A stretch of 62,243 nucleotides of DNA from a virus. Taxonomy: Duplodnaviria; Caudoviricetes. The stretch spans positions 1 through 62,243 of the IMG/VR virus record IMGVR_UViG_3300043408_000040. One strand, 5' to 3'. The first letter of the stretch is position 1; every line of letters starts with the position of its first letter. Under the pieces are notes generated by a model. The model was not told where the DNA came from. It saw nothing but the letters and a program-made list of their open reading frames with translations, and ran no database searches. Shown here piece after piece: positions 23,882-33,692 of this stretch. The position numbers and the translations under genes were made by a program.

Positions 23882-26305
23882 ATGAGTATCGAAAACTCGC
23901 TGTACGCAGCCCCCACTGGTCTTGACTCTTTGGGTGAGAATGAATCTCCACTCGAAATTGAAGTTGTTGATCCAGAGTCCGTGACCATCACTGCTGGCGA
24001 CATGGAAATCACCATTGTTCCCGATGGCGAAGGAGAAGACTTCGGCATGAACTTGGCCGAGGAGATGGATGAGGGCGAGCTAAGCAAAATTGCAACCGAT
24101 TTGATCGAAGAGATTGATGCCGACATTACCTCCCGCCGTGATTGGGTTGAGATGTATGTGAAGGGCCTTGAAGTCCTTGGCATGAAGTACGAGGAGCGCA
24201 CCGAGCCATGGAGCGGCGCATGCGGTGTGTACTCTACGGTTTTGACAGAGGCGGCCATTCGCTTTCAGTCGGAAACCATCACTGAAACTTTCCCGGCTCA
24301 AGGACCGGTAAAGACAAAAATTGTTGGCGCCATCAACAAGATGACGGAAGAAATTGCAGAGCGTGTCCGCGAAGACATGAACTACAAGCTCACCGATGAA
24401 ATGCCCGAGTATCGTCCAGAGCACGAGCGCATGCTGTACTCGCTTGGCTTGGCTGGCTCTGCATTTAAGAAGGTCTACTTTGATCCGGGTCTTGGTCGCC
24501 AAGTGGCCATGTTTATTCCGGCTGAAGACCTGATCATTCCTTACGGCGCATCCAATGTGATGACGTCTGAGCGCGTTACGCACACGATGCGCAAGACAAA
24601 GAACGAAATTCGCAAGCTGCAGGTTTCGGGTTTCTATCTTGATGTTGACCTTGGTGAGCCAGTGTCAATTCACAGCGACATTGAAAAGAAAAAAGCCGAA
24701 GATCAGGGTTTCTCTTTGACGGATGATGATCGCTATCAACTGCTTGAAGTGCACGTTGATTACGACCTTCCCGGCTACGAAGATCCAGACGGCATTGCAC
24801 TGCCATACGTGATCACCATTGACCGCGCATCCACAAAAGTTTTGGCCATTCGCCGCAATTGGAAGCAAGGCAGTGACCTAAGAACTAAACGCAATCACTT
24901 TGCTCAGTACACCTACATTCCCGGCTTTGGTGTGTATGGCTTGGGCTTGATTCACATTATTGGCGGTTATGCGCGTGCCGGCACTTCGTTGATTCGTCAG
25001 CTGGTTGACGCCGGCACATTGAGCAACTTGCCCGGCGGTCTGAAGGCCCGCGGCCTACGCATCAAAGGCGATGACACCCCGATTGCTCCCGGTGAATTCC
25101 GTGATGTTGATGTGGCCAGCGGAACGGTGCGTGACAACATCATGCCTCTGCCATACAAAGAGCCAAGCCAGGTTCTGATGGCGTTGCTGAATCAAATCAC
25201 TGAAGAGGCTCGCCGCCTCGGCTCTGTTGCTGACATGAAATTCAGTGACATGAGTGCCAATGCACCAGTTGGAACAACTTTGGCAATTCTTGAACGTCAA
25301 CTGAAGACCATGTCGGCCGTGCAAGCTCGCGTGCACTTCTCGATGAAAGAGGAATTCAAGCTCCTCAAAGACATCATTCGAGACAACGCGCCGGAAAGCT
25401 ATGACTACGATCCAATTGGCGGCGATCGCAAGCTGAAGCAATCTGATTACGATGTGGTCAATGTGATCCCTGTGTCTGATCCCAATAGCGCGACCATGGC
25501 TCAACGGATCATGCAGTATCAGGCTGTGATTCAGTTGTCACAAACTGCACCTCAGATTTACGATTTGCCGCAATTGCACCGTCAAATGATTGAAGTTCTT
25601 GGCATCAAGAATGCCGACAAACTGATCCCGCTTGATGAAGACCAAAAGCCAAAAGACCCCGTCTTTGAAAATATGGCCATCATCAACATGAAGCCGGTCA
25701 AAGCATTCCAGTATCAAGATCATCAAGCTCATATTCAGGTGCACATGTCTGCAATGCAAGACCCTGTCATCATGAAAATGGTTGGTCAAAACCCGCAGGC
25801 GCAGGCCATGCAGGCGGCCATGATGGCTCACATTGCAGAGCACACAGCCTTTGCATACCGTCAGCGCATTGAGCAGCAACTTGGCATTGCGCTGCCACCA
25901 GAGGGCGAAGATTTGCCACCAGAAGTTGAGTTGGCTTTGTCAAACATGATGGCTCAGGCTGCACAGCAAGTACTGCAAGAGAATCAAGCTCAGGAATTAC
26001 AAGAGCAAGCTCAACAACAAGCGCAAGATCCGGTGCTTCAGATGCAACAGCAGGACTTGCAAATCAAACAGGGTGAACTCGCCTTGAAAGAGAAGAAGTT
26101 ACAAATTGACGCATCAACAAAAGCCGATGAGCTTGAGCTCAAGAGACAGGCTCTTGAGAGCAAGATGCAATTAGATGGTTTTCGTGCTGGCCAACAAGCT
26201 CAGCAAGCAGAGAAAAAACTGCAAGCCGACCAAGAGCGAGAAGGTGTTCGCATGGGCATCGAAATTGCAAAAAGCCGCACTGAAGTGGCAAAAAGAGGTG
26301 AATAA
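23882..26305 (+). CDS. Portal protein
   Basis: 807 aa directly after terL; Q-rich coiled-coil C-terminus. Confidence 0.88.
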   Translation: MSIENSLYAAPTGLDSLGENESPLEIEVVDPESVTITAGDMEITIVPDGEGEDFGMNLAEEMDEGELSKIATDLIEEIDADITSRRDWVEMYVKGLEVLGMKYEERTEPWSGACGVYSTVLTEAAIRFQSETITETFPAQGPVKTKIVGAINKMTEEIAERVREDMNYKLTDEMPEYRPEHERMLYSLGLAGSAFKKVYFDPGLGRQVAMFIPAEDLIIPYGASNVMTSERVTHTMRKTKNEIRKLQVSGFYLDVDLGEPVSIHSDIEKKKAEDQGFSLTDDDRYQLLEVHVDYDLPGYEDPDGIALPYVITIDRASTKVLAIRRNWKQGSDLRTKRNHFAQYTYIPGFGVYGLGLIHIIGGYARAGTSLIRQLVDAGTLSNLPGGLKARGLRIKGDDTPIAPGEFRDVDVASGTVRDNIMPLPYKEPSQVLMALLNQITEEARRLGSVADMKFSDMSANAPVGTTLAILERQLKTMSAVQARVHFSMKEEFKLLKDIIRDNAPESYDYDPIGGDRKLKQSDYDVVNVIPVSDPNSATMAQRIMQYQAVIQLSQTAPQIYDLPQLHRQMIEVLGIKNADKLIPLDEDQKPKDPVFENMAIINMKPVKAFQYQDHQAHIQVHMSAMQDPVIMKMVGQNPQAQAMQAAMMAHIAEHTAFAYRQRIEQQLGIALPPEGEDLPPEVELALSNMMAQAAQQVLQENQAQELQEQAQQQAQDPVLQMQQQDLQIKQGELALKEKKLQIDASTKADELELKRQALESKMQLDGFRAGQQAQQAEKKLQADQEREGVRMGIEIAKSRTEVAKRGE

Positions 26306-26499
26306 TGGACAGTCAAGTTCTCGATCTGCTAAAGTCAAAAATTGATGAACGTAGACAGCGAATCGTAGAGAGTCTTGGTGATGGCGTAGCGAAAGACTAT
26401 GCTGAGTACCAGAACAAGTGCGGGGTTATCCTGGGTCTGTTGACCGCACTTGCTGAAATCAACGACCTTGCGCAAAAAATGAAAGACTACGATGAGTGA
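26305..26499 (+). CDS. Small helical protein after portal
   Basis: GAGG RBS, synteny. Confidence 0.75.
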   Translation: MDSQVLDLLKSKIDERRQRIVESLGDGVAKDYAEYQNKCGVILGLLTALAEINDLAQKMKDYDE

Positions 26500-26890
26500 A
26501 TTTGATGTTTCGGCAGTTGACCTGACCGGCGTTCTGAATAAGAGCGAAGAGGAAAAGGCCAAGCAAGTTCCCGATCCAGTGACGTACCACCTTCTGTGCA
26601 TCCTCCCAGAAGCCAACGAAGAGTACGAAGGCGGACTGATTAAGTCCAGCCAAACAATGCACTTTGAAGAGCTCTTGTCCCCTGTGCTGTTCGTGGCAAA
26701 GATGGGTCCAGATGCATTCAAAGACGAAAAGCGCTTTCCAAGCGGCGCAAGCTGCAAAGTTGGTGACTTCATCTTGGTTCGCCCAAACACCGGTACTCGC
26801 ATGAAGATTCATGGCCGCGAATTCCGTGTCATCAATGATGATTCGGTTGAAGCTGTCGTGCAAGATCCTCGTGGAATCCAGCGCGTCTAA
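26492..26890 (+). CDS. GroES-like co-chaperonin
   Basis: GGLIK...VAKMGPDAF...CKVGDFIL...FRVINDDSVEAVV. Confidence 0.8.
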   Translation: MSEFDVSAVDLTGVLNKSEEEKAKQVPDPVTYHLLCILPEANEEYEGGLIKSSQTMHFEELLSPVLFVAKMGPDAFKDEKRFPSGASCKVGDFILVRPNTGTRMKIHGREFRVINDDSVEAVVQDPRGIQRV

Positions 26891-26900
26891 GGAGTAAACC

Positions 26901-27863
26901 ATGACACTTGAAAAAACTGAATTCGAGTTTCCTGATGAGGCTTCTGAAAATCCTCGCACTGGAGGAAAAGTGGTCGAGCCTGAAGTTGAAGTCAAAACCC
27001 CTGATGTTGACATCGAGGTTGTAGACGACACTCCTGCTGCAGATCGCAACCGCAAGCCAATGGAAGAGCCACCCAAAGACATGGGTGATGAAGAGTTGGC
27101 CAAGTACGACGAGAGCGTGCGAAAGCGAATTCAACACTTTACCAAGGGCTATCACGAAGAGCGACGCGCAAAAGAAGCAGCTCAACGAGAGAAAGATGAG
27201 GCAATTCGCATTGCTCAGTCAATCATCGAAGAGAACAAACAACTTCGCGGCACTTTGCATGAAGGTCAAGGCGCTTACATTGAACAGGCTAAGCTGGTTG
27301 CAGCCAATGAGCTGGATAAGGCAAAGCGTCAGTACAAAGCAGCTTACGAATCCGGTGATTCTGATGCATTGGTAGATGCCCAAGAGGCACTTACCACTGC
27401 AAAAATGCGTGCCGAACGAGTAAATAATTACACTCCAGCTCCTTTACAGGAGCGGGAAATTGAGGTAAAAACTCAACCACAGCAGGAACCTGCTCCGAAA
27501 ATTGACGACAAACTAGCTGAGTGGCAACAAAAGAACTCATGGTTTGGAGCCAATCAAAAAATGACGGCTTACGCTCTTGGCCTTCATTCGGAATTGGTTT
27601 CTGAAGGAATTCCAGTTGGCAGCGACGACTACTACGAACGTATCGACGCTGACATGCGGAACCGCTTCTCGGATTCTTTCGAGCCGAAGAAGCAGATGGA
27701 TGCGCCACCTCCGTCTAAACAATCGAATGTTGTCGCACCAGCAACACGTAGTACTGCGCCCCGCAAGGTCGTACTTACCAAAACGCAGGTCGATCTCGCC
27801 AAGCGGCTGGGTGTTCCATTGGAACTCTATGCTCGTAAGGTTGCGGAAGAAATGAGGAAATGA
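26901..27863 (+). CDS. Capsid scaffolding protein
   Basis: Acidic coiled coil; C-terminal LAKRLGVPLELYA; position. Confidence 0.75.
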   Translation: MTLEKTEFEFPDEASENPRTGGKVVEPEVEVKTPDVDIEVVDDTPAADRNRKPMEEPPKDMGDEELAKYDESVRKRIQHFTKGYHEERRAKEAAQREKDEAIRIAQSIIEENKQLRGTLHEGQGAYIEQAKLVAANELDKAKRQYKAAYESGDSDALVDAQEALTTAKMRAERVNNYTPAPLQEREIEVKTQPQQEPAPKIDDKLAEWQQKNSWFGANQKMTAYALGLHSELVSEGIPVGSDDYYERIDADMRNRFSDSFEPKKQMDAPPPSKQSNVVAPATRSTAPRKVVLTKTQVDLAKRLGVPLELYARKVAEEMRK

Positions 27864-28321
27864 AAATGGCTGAACAGAATCGTGATAAACGTGAACTTGA
27901 TACGCGAGCAAAGGCAGAGCGTCCTACAAAATGGATGCCTCCACAGCTTCTACCTGACCCACATCCTGAGCCAGGTTATGCGTTCCGCTGGATTCGCATC
28001 AGCACGTTGAACAATGCTGACCCGTTGAACATTTCGTCTAAGCTCCGTGAAGGCTGGGAACCCGTCAAGGCTTCTGAGCATCCAGAGATTCGTTTGTTTG
28101 GTTCTGCGACAGACGGTCGCTTTCCAGACTCCGTTGAAGTGGGTGGTCTGTTGCTCTGTAAAACCCCGGTTGAGTTCGTGGAACAGCGTAATGCGTATTA
28201 CAGCAATCAAGCTGAGTCGCAGATGCAATCCGTGGACAACAGCTATATGCGTGAAAGTGATCCCCGTATGCCGATGTTCAAAGAGCGGTCTACAAAGGTT
28301 ACTTTCGGTAAAGGTACTTAA
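27860..28321 (+). CDS. Conserved head-associated hypothetical protein
   Basis: FRWIR...KLREGWEPV...GGLLLCK. Confidence 0.75.
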   Translation: MKMAEQNRDKRELDTRAKAERPTKWMPPQLLPDPHPEPGYAFRWIRISTLNNADPLNISSKLREGWEPVKASEHPEIRLFGSATDGRFPDSVEVGGLLLCKTPVEFVEQRNAYYSNQAESQMQSVDNSYMRESDPRMPMFKERSTKVTFGKGT

Positions 28322-28338
28322 CTTTTTGGAGTTTTAAC

Positions 28339-28941
28339 ATGGCATCTACTGCTTCTCCCTACGGCCTGAAAGCCGTAAACCGTAACGACGGCATGCCTTA
28401 TGCCGGCGCTACAAGTCAGTTTCTGATTAACCCAGCCGGCACATCGACCAACCTGTTCTTTGGACAAGTTGTTCTGGTTGATGCTGATGGTTACATCGCT
28501 CTGTCTACAGCCACTGGCGCTGACTTGACCACCAACAACCTTGGCGGTTCTAGTTTGGGTGCTTGGGGTGTTTTTGTGGGTTGCTCCTACATCAACGCAC
28601 AAGGTCAGCAGATTTACGCTCAGTACTACCCCTCCGGCACAACCGGCGTGGTGACTGCATACGTGATCACTGATCCAAACGTCACTTTCCAAGCTCAATT
28701 GGACGGTTCGGTTACTCAGGCAGCCCTGGGTGCAAACACCTTCTTTGCCGCAGCTCAGAGCACCAGCACAGGTTCTACCCGTACTGGCAACTCGACAAGC
28801 GCTCTGGAGTCCACTGTGGTGACTACTGCCGCCGCGTTCAAGATCATCGGCTTCGCTTCTCCAGTGACCGACGCATTCCCTGACGTGCTGGTCAAGCTCA
28901 ACCCCGGCGCTTCTGCCTTCACCAACGCCGTCGGCATCTAA
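28339..28941 (+). CDS. Capsid decoration / cement protein
   Basis: Gly/Ala/Thr-rich, directly before MCP, strong codon bias. Confidence 0.7.
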   Translation: MASTASPYGLKAVNRNDGMPYAGATSQFLINPAGTSTNLFFGQVVLVDADGYIALSTATGADLTTNNLGGSSLGAWGVFVGCSYINAQGQQIYAQYYPSGTTGVVTAYVITDPNVTFQAQLDGSVTQAALGANTFFAAAQSTSTGSTRTGNSTSALESTVVTTAAAFKIIGFASPVTDAFPDVLVKLNPGASAFTNAVGI

Positions 28942-28954
28942 GGAGTAACTTACC

Positions 28955-29869
28955 ATGGCTATTTCACGCGCACAACTGCTCAAAGAGCTGCTCCCCGGTC
29001 TGAACGCTTTGTTCGGTATGGAATATGCACGCTACGGCGAGCAACACAAAGAAATCTACGAAACCGAAACTTCGGAACGTAGCTTTGAAGAAGAGACCAA
29101 GCTGTCTGGCTTCCAAGCCGCTCCTGTCAAGAACGAAGGCTCCGCCATCACCTATGACAACGCGCAAGAAGCATGGACTGCTCGCTACACCCACGAGACT
29201 ATCGCTCAAGGCTTCTCCATCACTGAAGAAGCTGTTGAAGATAACTTGTATGACAGCCTGTCCAGCCGCTACACCAAGGCCTTGGCCCGTGCAATGGCTT
29301 ACACAAAGCAAGTCAAAGGTGCTGCGATCTTGAACCAGGGCTTCACAGGCTCCGGCAACCCCACCTATGGTGACGGTCAAGTGTTGTTCTCTACTGCTCA
29401 CCCTCTGGTGTCCGGTGGTACCAACAGCAACCGCCCTGCCACTGCTGCCGACTTGAACGAAACATCGTTGGAAAACGCTGTCATTCAAATCGCCGCTTGG
29501 ACAGACGAACGCGGCCTGCTGATCGCAGCAAAACCCAAGAAATTGGTGGTTCCTCCAGCCCTGCAATTCGTTGCAACCCGCCTGTTGGAAACTGAACTCC
29601 GCGTCGGTACTGCTGACAACGACATCAACGCCATCAAGAACAACGGTTCCATTCCCGGTGGTTACACAGTCAACAACTTTTTGACTGACACCAACGCTTG
29701 GTTCCTGTTGACTGACGTGCCTAACGGTCTGAAGCACTTTGTGCGTTCGCCTTTGAGCAATTCAATGGACGGCGATTTTGACACGGGGAACGTCCGCTAC
29801 AAAGCTCGTGAACGCTATTCTTTTGGTGTGAGTGATCCCCTCGGGGTATACGGCTCTCCCGGCGCTTAA
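28955..29869 (+). CDS. Major capsid protein (Mu gpT-like HK97 fold)
   Basis: MAISRAQLLKELLPGL...KLVVPPAL...DFDTGNVRYKARERYSFG; strongest codon bias. Confidence 0.9.
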   Translation: MAISRAQLLKELLPGLNALFGMEYARYGEQHKEIYETETSERSFEEETKLSGFQAAPVKNEGSAITYDNAQEAWTARYTHETIAQGFSITEEAVEDNLYDSLSSRYTKALARAMAYTKQVKGAAILNQGFTGSGNPTYGDGQVLFSTAHPLVSGGTNSNRPATAADLNETSLENAVIQIAAWTDERGLLIAAKPKKLVVPPALQFVATRLLETELRVGTADNDINAIKNNGSIPGGYTVNNFLTDTNAWFLLTDVPNGLKHFVRSPLSNSMDGDFDTGNVRYKARERYSFGVSDPLGVYGSPGA

Positions 29870-29879
29870 TTCGGGAATG

Positions 29880-29903
29880 AGAGGGGCTTCGGCCCCTTTC
29901 TTT
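29880..29903 (+). terminator. Intrinsic terminator after MCP
   Basis: AGGGGC-TTCG-GCCCCT followed by T-rich tail. Confidence 0.85.
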
Positions 29904-29951
29904 GGTTTGTTGTGATACACTTTAAGTGTCTTAACCAACTAAAGGGTAATC

Positions 29952-30677
29952 ATGAACCAAGGAATCTACAAAATTACAAATTCGGGAAACGATCATTTCT
30001 ACATTGGCAGTTCTGTAAATTTGACCCGAAGGAAGTCAAGGCATTTTTCAGAACTTCGCAACAACCGCCACAACAATAGACACTTGCAAGCGGCTTGGAA
30101 TAAATACGGCGAGGCTGCATTCACCTTTGCAGTTGTGGAGCTTGTGGGAGATGTCGATCAGCTACACGTTGCTGAAGACAGGTGGCTTGCTGGACATGTA
30201 GGGGCCTCATATTGCTACAACATCGGCATGGCTGCAATTTCTCCAATGCTTGGCTTATCGGGATCGCTTAGCCCGACGTACGGATACCGCCATACACCAG
30301 AAGCAAAGGCGAAGATTGCTGCCGCCGGGAAAGGTCGCGTAATCTCAGAGGAGACGCGGGCCAAACGCTCGGTCAAGCTCAAGGGCCGAATCATCTCCCA
30401 AGAACAGCGCGACCAAATCAGCAAAACACTGTCTGGAGAAGGCAACTACTGGTACGGCAAGAAGCGACCAGATCACGGCGCAAAGGTCCGCAAAGCGGTA
30501 GCAACCTACCGGGATGGCGTGTTGGTCAAGATGTACGCTAGCATCAGTGAGTTGCGAGCGGAGTTCAAAGCAACCCCTACAACAGTTAATCGACTACTGA
30601 AGTCCGGCAAACCCGCTTATGGCAGTGTTTTCAAAGATTTATCGGTCTGCTATGTTGACCCCTCCACACCCGCATGA
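29952..30677 (+). CDS. Free-standing GIY-YIG homing endonuclease with NUMOD3 repeats
   Basis: GIYKITN...FYIGSS...R..RH...LQAAWNKYG; HTPEAKAKI, SEETRAKRS. Confidence 0.92.
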   Translation: MNQGIYKITNSGNDHFYIGSSVNLTRRKSRHFSELRNNRHNNRHLQAAWNKYGEAAFTFAVVELVGDVDQLHVAEDRWLAGHVGASYCYNIGMAAISPMLGLSGSLSPTYGYRHTPEAKAKIAAAGKGRVISEETRAKRSVKLKGRIISQEQRDQISKTLSGEGNYWYGKKRPDHGAKVRKAVATYRDGVLVKMYASISELRAEFKATPTTVNRLLKSGKPAYGSVFKDLSVCYVDPSTPA

Positions 30678-30683
30678 TATAAA
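30655..30683 (+). promoter_or_regulatory. Sigma70 promoter with extended -10
   Basis: TTGACC-17 nt-TATAAA with TGn. Confidence 0.7.
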
Positions 30684-30690
30684 CGAGCCA

Positions 30691-30770
30691 CTCCCGGATT
30701 TTTCCGGTGTATCTGACAGCCTCCGGGGCTGACGACATGCAGACAGATACGCCTCAACTCGCATGTGAGG
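30691..30770 (+). ncRNA. Interlocked-pseudoknot 5' leader RNA
   Basis: Three crossing complementary pairs, the last abutting the GAGG RBS. Confidence 0.5.
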
Positions 30771-30777
30771 AATCATC

Positions 30778-30987
30778 ATGTCTTTGACTACATTCTCTGG
30801 CCCCGTCAAGTCGAACGCGGGCTTCTTGTTCCCTGTCACTACTACCGCTTTGCTGCCAGCCGCAGCTAGCGTTGCTGCCGGTACTGCCTATGTTATCTCT
30901 GACAATGGCGCGGGCAACAACGAGTATTGCGTGGTCATCAGTACCGGCACTGCTTGGGTTACTGCCGTCGGCGCAGCTCTGAGCTAA
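30778..30987 (+). CDS. Small virion protein (head fibre/decoration-like)
   Basis: TTFSGPVKS N-terminus; GAGG RBS. Confidence 0.7.
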   Translation: MSLTTFSGPVKSNAGFLFPVTTTALLPAAASVAAGTAYVISDNGAGNNEYCVVISTGTAWVTAVGAALS

Positions 30988-30999
30988 TAGGTGCCCACC

Positions 31000-31278
31000 A
31001 TGGGTATGCAAACTGACGTCAAGGCCATTTCACTGGCCGCCTCGGGTGCTGTAACGAGTGCTCGCACTCGTGTGCGCGGTATGATCGTTGAGCCGAATAC
31101 TTCGGCGGGCAGCGTGGTCATCAAAGACGGCGGAGCCAGTGGCACTACACTGTTCACAATCAATACCACGGCCGCAGGGACACCATTTAACGTCCTCATC
31201 CCGGCTGAGGGCGTTTTGTGCATGACCAGCGCATATGCGACGCTGACCAATGCCAAAGTGACGGTGTTCTATGCCTAA
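31000..31278 (+). CDS. Virion structural protein (beta-rich)
   Basis: MQTDVKA...IPAEGVL...VTVFYA. Confidence 0.7.
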   Translation: MGMQTDVKAISLAASGAVTSARTRVRGMIVEPNTSAGSVVIKDGGASGTTLFTINTTAAGTPFNVLIPAEGVLCMTSAYATLTNAKVTVFYA

Positions 31279-31540
31279 AGCAGCCCCCAAAAAGAAAGGC
31301 CCCTCCCTTGCGGTCGGTCGCGGCGAGAAGCTGTCGGTCGCCAAGGGTGCCGGACTGACTGCAAAAGGGCGAGCTAAGTACAACGCCGCAACGGGCAGCA
31401 ATCTGAAGGCTCCACAGCCTCAAGGCGGTGCGCGCAAGGACTCGTTTTGCGCAAGGATGTCGGGCATGCCCGGCCCCATGAAAGACGAAAAAGGCAAGCC
31501 TACTCGGAAAGCCGCGTCTCTTGCACGATGGAAATGCTGA
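31271..31540 (+). CDS. Small basic protein
   Basis: GLTAKGRAKYN...RKDSFCARMSGM...LARWKC. Confidence 0.75.
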   Translation: MPKAAPKKKGPSLAVGRGEKLSVAKGAGLTAKGRAKYNAATGSNLKAPQPQGGARKDSFCARMSGMPGPMKDEKGKPTRKAASLARWKC

Positions 31541-31541
31541 C

Positions 31542-31745
31542 ATGATACAAAATCACGACACCGTAAAGAACACGCTGGACATTCTTTCTGTGTTTGCAGC
31601 CATTGGGTCCTTTTTGCAAATGTTGACCCCTGTGTTCGGTCTGATTGGCGCGGTATGGACCTTAATGCGCATTGCCGAAATGATTGCTGGCAAGCCGTTT
31701 GCGGAGATCATCCGCCGGAAGAAACCCGATGCCGTCGACGAGTAA
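31542..31745 (+). CDS. Small membrane protein (holin-like)
   Basis: Two hydrophobic segments and a basic tail. Confidence 0.55.
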   Translation: MIQNHDTVKNTLDILSVFAAIGSFLQMLTPVFGLIGAVWTLMRIAEMIAGKPFAEIIRRKKPDAVDE

Positions 31746-32139
31746 AAAACAGCACAACTTCATGAATGCCGTGGCGCACAGCCCTGCGTTTGCGAAGAAG
31801 GTAGGCGTCCCACAATCCGTGGGCAAAGACTTTTCAACTGCGGACAAGGGCCGCAAATTTTCAAAAGGTGGCGATATGGCCGAGTCCAAAGCAATGATGA
31901 AAAAAGAAGTTGGCTTCATGAAAAAAGCTGGCGCCCCAAAGTCCATGATCAAGCATGAGATGACTGAATCTGGCATGAAAAAAGGCGGCAGCGTTGGCAC
32001 AACCAAAATGTCTGCCGTTCGCACAGCGGCTCCAAATCGTGATGGCGTTGCCTCAAAGGGCAAAACCAAAGGCAAACAAATTGCAATGTCTCCATCCGTG
32101 GTTAAGGCCACCGGCATGAAGCGCGGCGGCAAGTGCTAA
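31729..32139 (+). CDS. Lys/Met-rich basic protein with xxKGG motifs
   Basis: FSKGG, MKKGG, MKRGG. Confidence 0.7.
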   Translation: MPSTSKKQHNFMNAVAHSPAFAKKVGVPQSVGKDFSTADKGRKFSKGGDMAESKAMMKKEVGFMKKAGAPKSMIKHEMTESGMKKGGSVGTTKMSAVRTAAPNRDGVASKGKTKGKQIAMSPSVVKATGMKRGGKC

Positions 32140-32149
32140 GGAGAGAGCC

Positions 32150-32347
32150 ATGAGCAAAGAAATGATTGACCAAGCCATCCAAGATGCCAAGGATGCAAAG
32201 GATCGCGCCAAGGCCGAAAAGGCTTACAACGATGCAAGCTCAACTGCGCCAGCTCCAGCAACTTCCACAAAGAAGTTGGCTAAGGGTGGTGTGACTCGTG
32301 CTGATGGCTGCATTGCCAAAGGCCACACTCGCGGCAAAATGGTGTAA
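32150..32347 (+). CDS. Small basic protein
   Basis: AAGGAG RBS; LAKGG..RADGCIAKGHTRG. Confidence 0.7.
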   Translation: MSKEMIDQAIQDAKDAKDRAKAEKAYNDASSTAPAPATSTKKLAKGGVTRADGCIAKGHTRGKMV

Positions 32348-32350
32348 GCC

Positions 32351-32584
32351 ATGATCGCAAGTAGGGGCATGGGAGCTATCTCGGCGTCAAAGATGCCCAA
32401 AGGCGTCCGCAAGGCACGCCGGGATAGCACCGACTTCACCGAGTATGCCGAGGGCGGTAAAGTTGGGCTGTACGCCAACATCAACGCCAAGCGCGCTCGT
32501 GGAGCCAAAATGCGCAAACCGGGGCAAAAAGGTGCTCCGACTGCTCAGGCATTCATTGACTCGGCAAAAACAGCAAAGAAGTAA
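32351..32584 (+). CDS. Small basic protein
   Basis: YAEGG, GLYANINAKR. Confidence 0.7.
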   Translation: MIASRGMGAISASKMPKGVRKARRDSTDFTEYAEGGKVGLYANINAKRARGAKMRKPGQKGAPTAQAFIDSAKTAKK

Positions 32585-32587
32585 ATC

Positions 32588-33286
32588 ATGACCACATCCG
32601 GAGTCGCAAACTTCAACGTCGATTTGACTGAAATCGTCGAGGAGGCGTTCGAGCGCGTGGGTTCCGAGATGCGGACTGGCTATGATTTGCGTACGGCTCG
32701 TCGTTCGCTGAATCTGTTGTTTGCTGACTGGGCAAACCGCGGCATCAACATGTGGACGTTCGAGCAGGGCACGCAGGTGCTCACCCCGGGCGTGGCCACG
32801 TATGAGCTGCCGGCCGACACTGTGGACCTGATGGAGCACGTCATCCGGACCGGTGCCGGCAGCGCATCAACGCAGGCCGACCTAACCATTACGCGCATCA
32901 GTGTTTCCACGTATGCCACGATTCCCAACAAGCTGACGCAAGCTCGCCCAATTCAGATCTGGATTGAGCGTTTGAATACTCCGCGGTTTACCGTGTGGCC
33001 TGTGCCAGACAACACCACAACCTACACGCTGGTGTACTGGCGTCTGCGCCGCATCCAGAATGCTGGCGAGGGCGTGAACACAATGGATATGCCATTCCGC
33101 TTTATTCCGGCCATGATTGCCGGATTGGCTTATTACTTGGCCATGAAGGTGCCTGGCGCGCTGGACCGGCTTCAGATTCTCAAGGCTCAATATGATGAGG
33201 CCTGGGATCTTGCCTCAAGCGAAGACCGTGAAAAAGCTGCGGTTCGATTCGTCCCGCGCCAGATGTTCATCGGAAGCGGTGTCTAA
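32588..33286 (+). CDS. Head-to-tail adaptor protein
   Basis: EEAFER...TARRSLNLLFADWANRG; synteny. Confidence 0.65.
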   Translation: MTTSGVANFNVDLTEIVEEAFERVGSEMRTGYDLRTARRSLNLLFADWANRGINMWTFEQGTQVLTPGVATYELPADTVDLMEHVIRTGAGSASTQADLTITRISVSTYATIPNKLTQARPIQIWIERLNTPRFTVWPVPDNTTTYTLVYWRLRRIQNAGEGVNTMDMPFRFIPAMIAGLAYYLAMKVPGALDRLQILKAQYDEAWDLASSEDREKAAVRFVPRQMFIGSGV

Positions 33287-33676
33287 ATGGGAAACCGTTT
33301 TGCCGCTGGCAAGCGTGCGATTGCCATGTGCGATCGCTGCGGGCAACAGTACAAGCTGAAGCAGCTTAAGACTGAAATCATCAAGCAGCGCAAATATGAA
33401 CTGCTGGTGTGTTCTGAATGCTTTGATCCAGACCACCCGCAACTGATGCTTGGCACTTTTCCAGTGGATGACCCGCAGGCTTTGCGTAATCCGCGCAAGG
33501 ATACTACGTACGTTACTTCTGGCATTGGCACGGATGGTTTTAATGGCGGCGGCAGTCGAGACATCCAGTGGGGCTGGCTACCCGTGGGTGGATCGAGCTT
33601 TTTTGATGCTGCGCTTACTCCAAATAACTTGGTGGCGCAGGGTTTTGTTGGTACAGTACAGGTCAGTGTGACCTAA
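33287..33676 (+). CDS. Zn-ribbon hypothetical protein
   Basis: CDRC...CSEC..DHPQL...DPQALRNPR. Confidence 0.7.
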   Translation: MGNRFAAGKRAIAMCDRCGQQYKLKQLKTEIIKQRKYELLVCSECFDPDHPQLMLGTFPVDDPQALRNPRKDTTYVTSGIGTDGFNGGGSRDIQWGWLPVGGSSFFDAALTPNNLVAQGFVGTVQVSVT

Positions 33677-33692
33677 GCACAAGGAGTCTCAA

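Noticed and set aside
30729-30745. Hammerhead ribozyme (CTGACGA core)
   Set aside because: Lacks stem II followed by GAAA and a matching stem III/UH site.
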